64,000 nt of DNA from Bispira polyomma (lineage: Eukaryota), in contig OZ287750.1 in the NCBI GenBank assembly GCA_965649765.1, positions 103,602,001-103,666,000 on the forward strand. Direction: 5' to 3'. The translations under genes and the position numbers were made by a program. This document shows positions 62,949-64,000 of this stretch, in pieces. How positions within the stretch are numbered: position 1 is the stretch's first letter; each line of letters opens with the position of its first letter. The notes beneath the pieces were generated by a model. The model was not told the origin of the DNA, did no database searches, and saw only the letters and a list, made by a program, of their open reading frames with translations.

Positions 62949-63363
62949 CTAATAGCCTGGAGTATATACATTCTGGTGAGGTGGAGTGTACATACTATAT
63001 TGAGTATAGGGACCGTGTGGTACATAAGGTGGGGGTCTGGACATCTCCACTGGGGCACTAGCTCCTTCCCTCTCACCACTCTGTAGTGGTACAGATAACT
63101 CCGGGTAAATCTCCCTCACCCCCGCTTGGCCCCCCTCTCTGGCTGAGTCATATTCTTTAATGATCCGGAATATCTCCTCGTTGTTGTTACCCTGGATGAT
63201 CAGATAGCCAGGTTTGACTTCCCGTGCGATTACCAGTGATTTTTTCTCCTCCGGGTCTTCTACATCCTGGTCATGTGACTTCTTACAGAAATACCAGCAC
63301 AATGCTAACACGATGAGAGCGGAAGCCAATACAGAGGCCATGCTGGTGACACTGGCAGACTGA
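62949..63363 (-). CDS. Last coding exon of a single-pass membrane protein with a PPPY-containing cytoplasmic tail
   Basis: Acceptor gtgttttag|tcag (alternative start 63359); TM helix MASVLASALIVLALCWYFC-KK; acidic tail; RPPPY; Tyr-rich end; coding-like composition. Confidence 0.75.
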
Positions 63364-64000
63364 CTAAAACACAGCACATAGGGGTGATACAGGGGGACTG
63401 ACTAAAACACTACATATAGAGGTGATACAGGGGGACTGACTAAAACACTACATATAGAGGTGATACAGGGGGACTGACTAAAATACTTTATATAGAGGTG
63501 ATACTAGGGGACTGACTAAAACACTATATATAGAGGTGATACAGAGGGACTGACTAGAACACTACATATAGAGGTGATACAGGGGGACTGACTAAAACAC
63601 TACATATAGAGGTGATACAGGGGGACTGATTAAAACATTAAATATAGAGGTGATACTGGGGGACTGACTAAAACACTACATATAGAGGTGATTCTGGGGG
63701 ACTGACTAAAACACTACATATAGAGGTGATACTGGGGGACTGACTAAAACACTACATATAGAGGTGATACTGGAGGACTGACTAAAACACTACATATAGA
63801 GGTGATACAGGGGGACTGACTAAAACACTGTATATAGAGGTGATACTGGGGGACTGACTAAAACACTACATATAGAGGTGATACAGGGGGACTGACTAAA
63901 ACACAGTATATAGACATGATACAGGGGGACTGACTAAAACACTACATATAGAGGTAATACAGGATATAGAGGTGATACTGGGGGATTGACTAAAACACTA
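63358..64000 (-). repeat. 38-bp array spanning the minus-strand acceptor, ~17 copies
   Basis: Unit gactgactaaaacactacatatagaggtgatacagggg (minus: ...gtgttttagtcagtc). Confidence 0.94.

Overview
AT-rich, repeat-dense metazoan genomic DNA, probably a marine invertebrate (inferred from the L1/Tx1, L2, CORE-SINE and tyrosine-recombinase retroelement content). There are no prokaryotic features. 1-17.7 kb is a nest of decayed transposons: an L1/Tx1 LINE whose ORF1 ends in a NADAR (YbiA-like) domain, two L2-group LINEs, two copies of one tRNA-derived SINE with TSDs, a 2.2-kb solo LTR and a 2.9-kb TIR element. From 20.3 to 59.9 kb the + strand carries a hand-assembled, multi-exon host gene for a small secreted Cys-rich precursor (signal peptide, basic cleavage sites, four Cx3C motifs, several candidate micro-exons). 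Its introns are full of minisatellites, many of which begin at or span the splice signals. A structurally complete but inactivated Ngaro/PAT-type tyrosine-recombinase retrotransposon with split direct repeats (52927-59223) sits inside the tandemly amplified last splice acceptor. The window ends with the last coding exon of a convergent single-pass membrane protein gene that has a PPPY tail. All calls come from reading the sequence by eye. Many repeat boundaries are approximate and the exon chain is a prediction.
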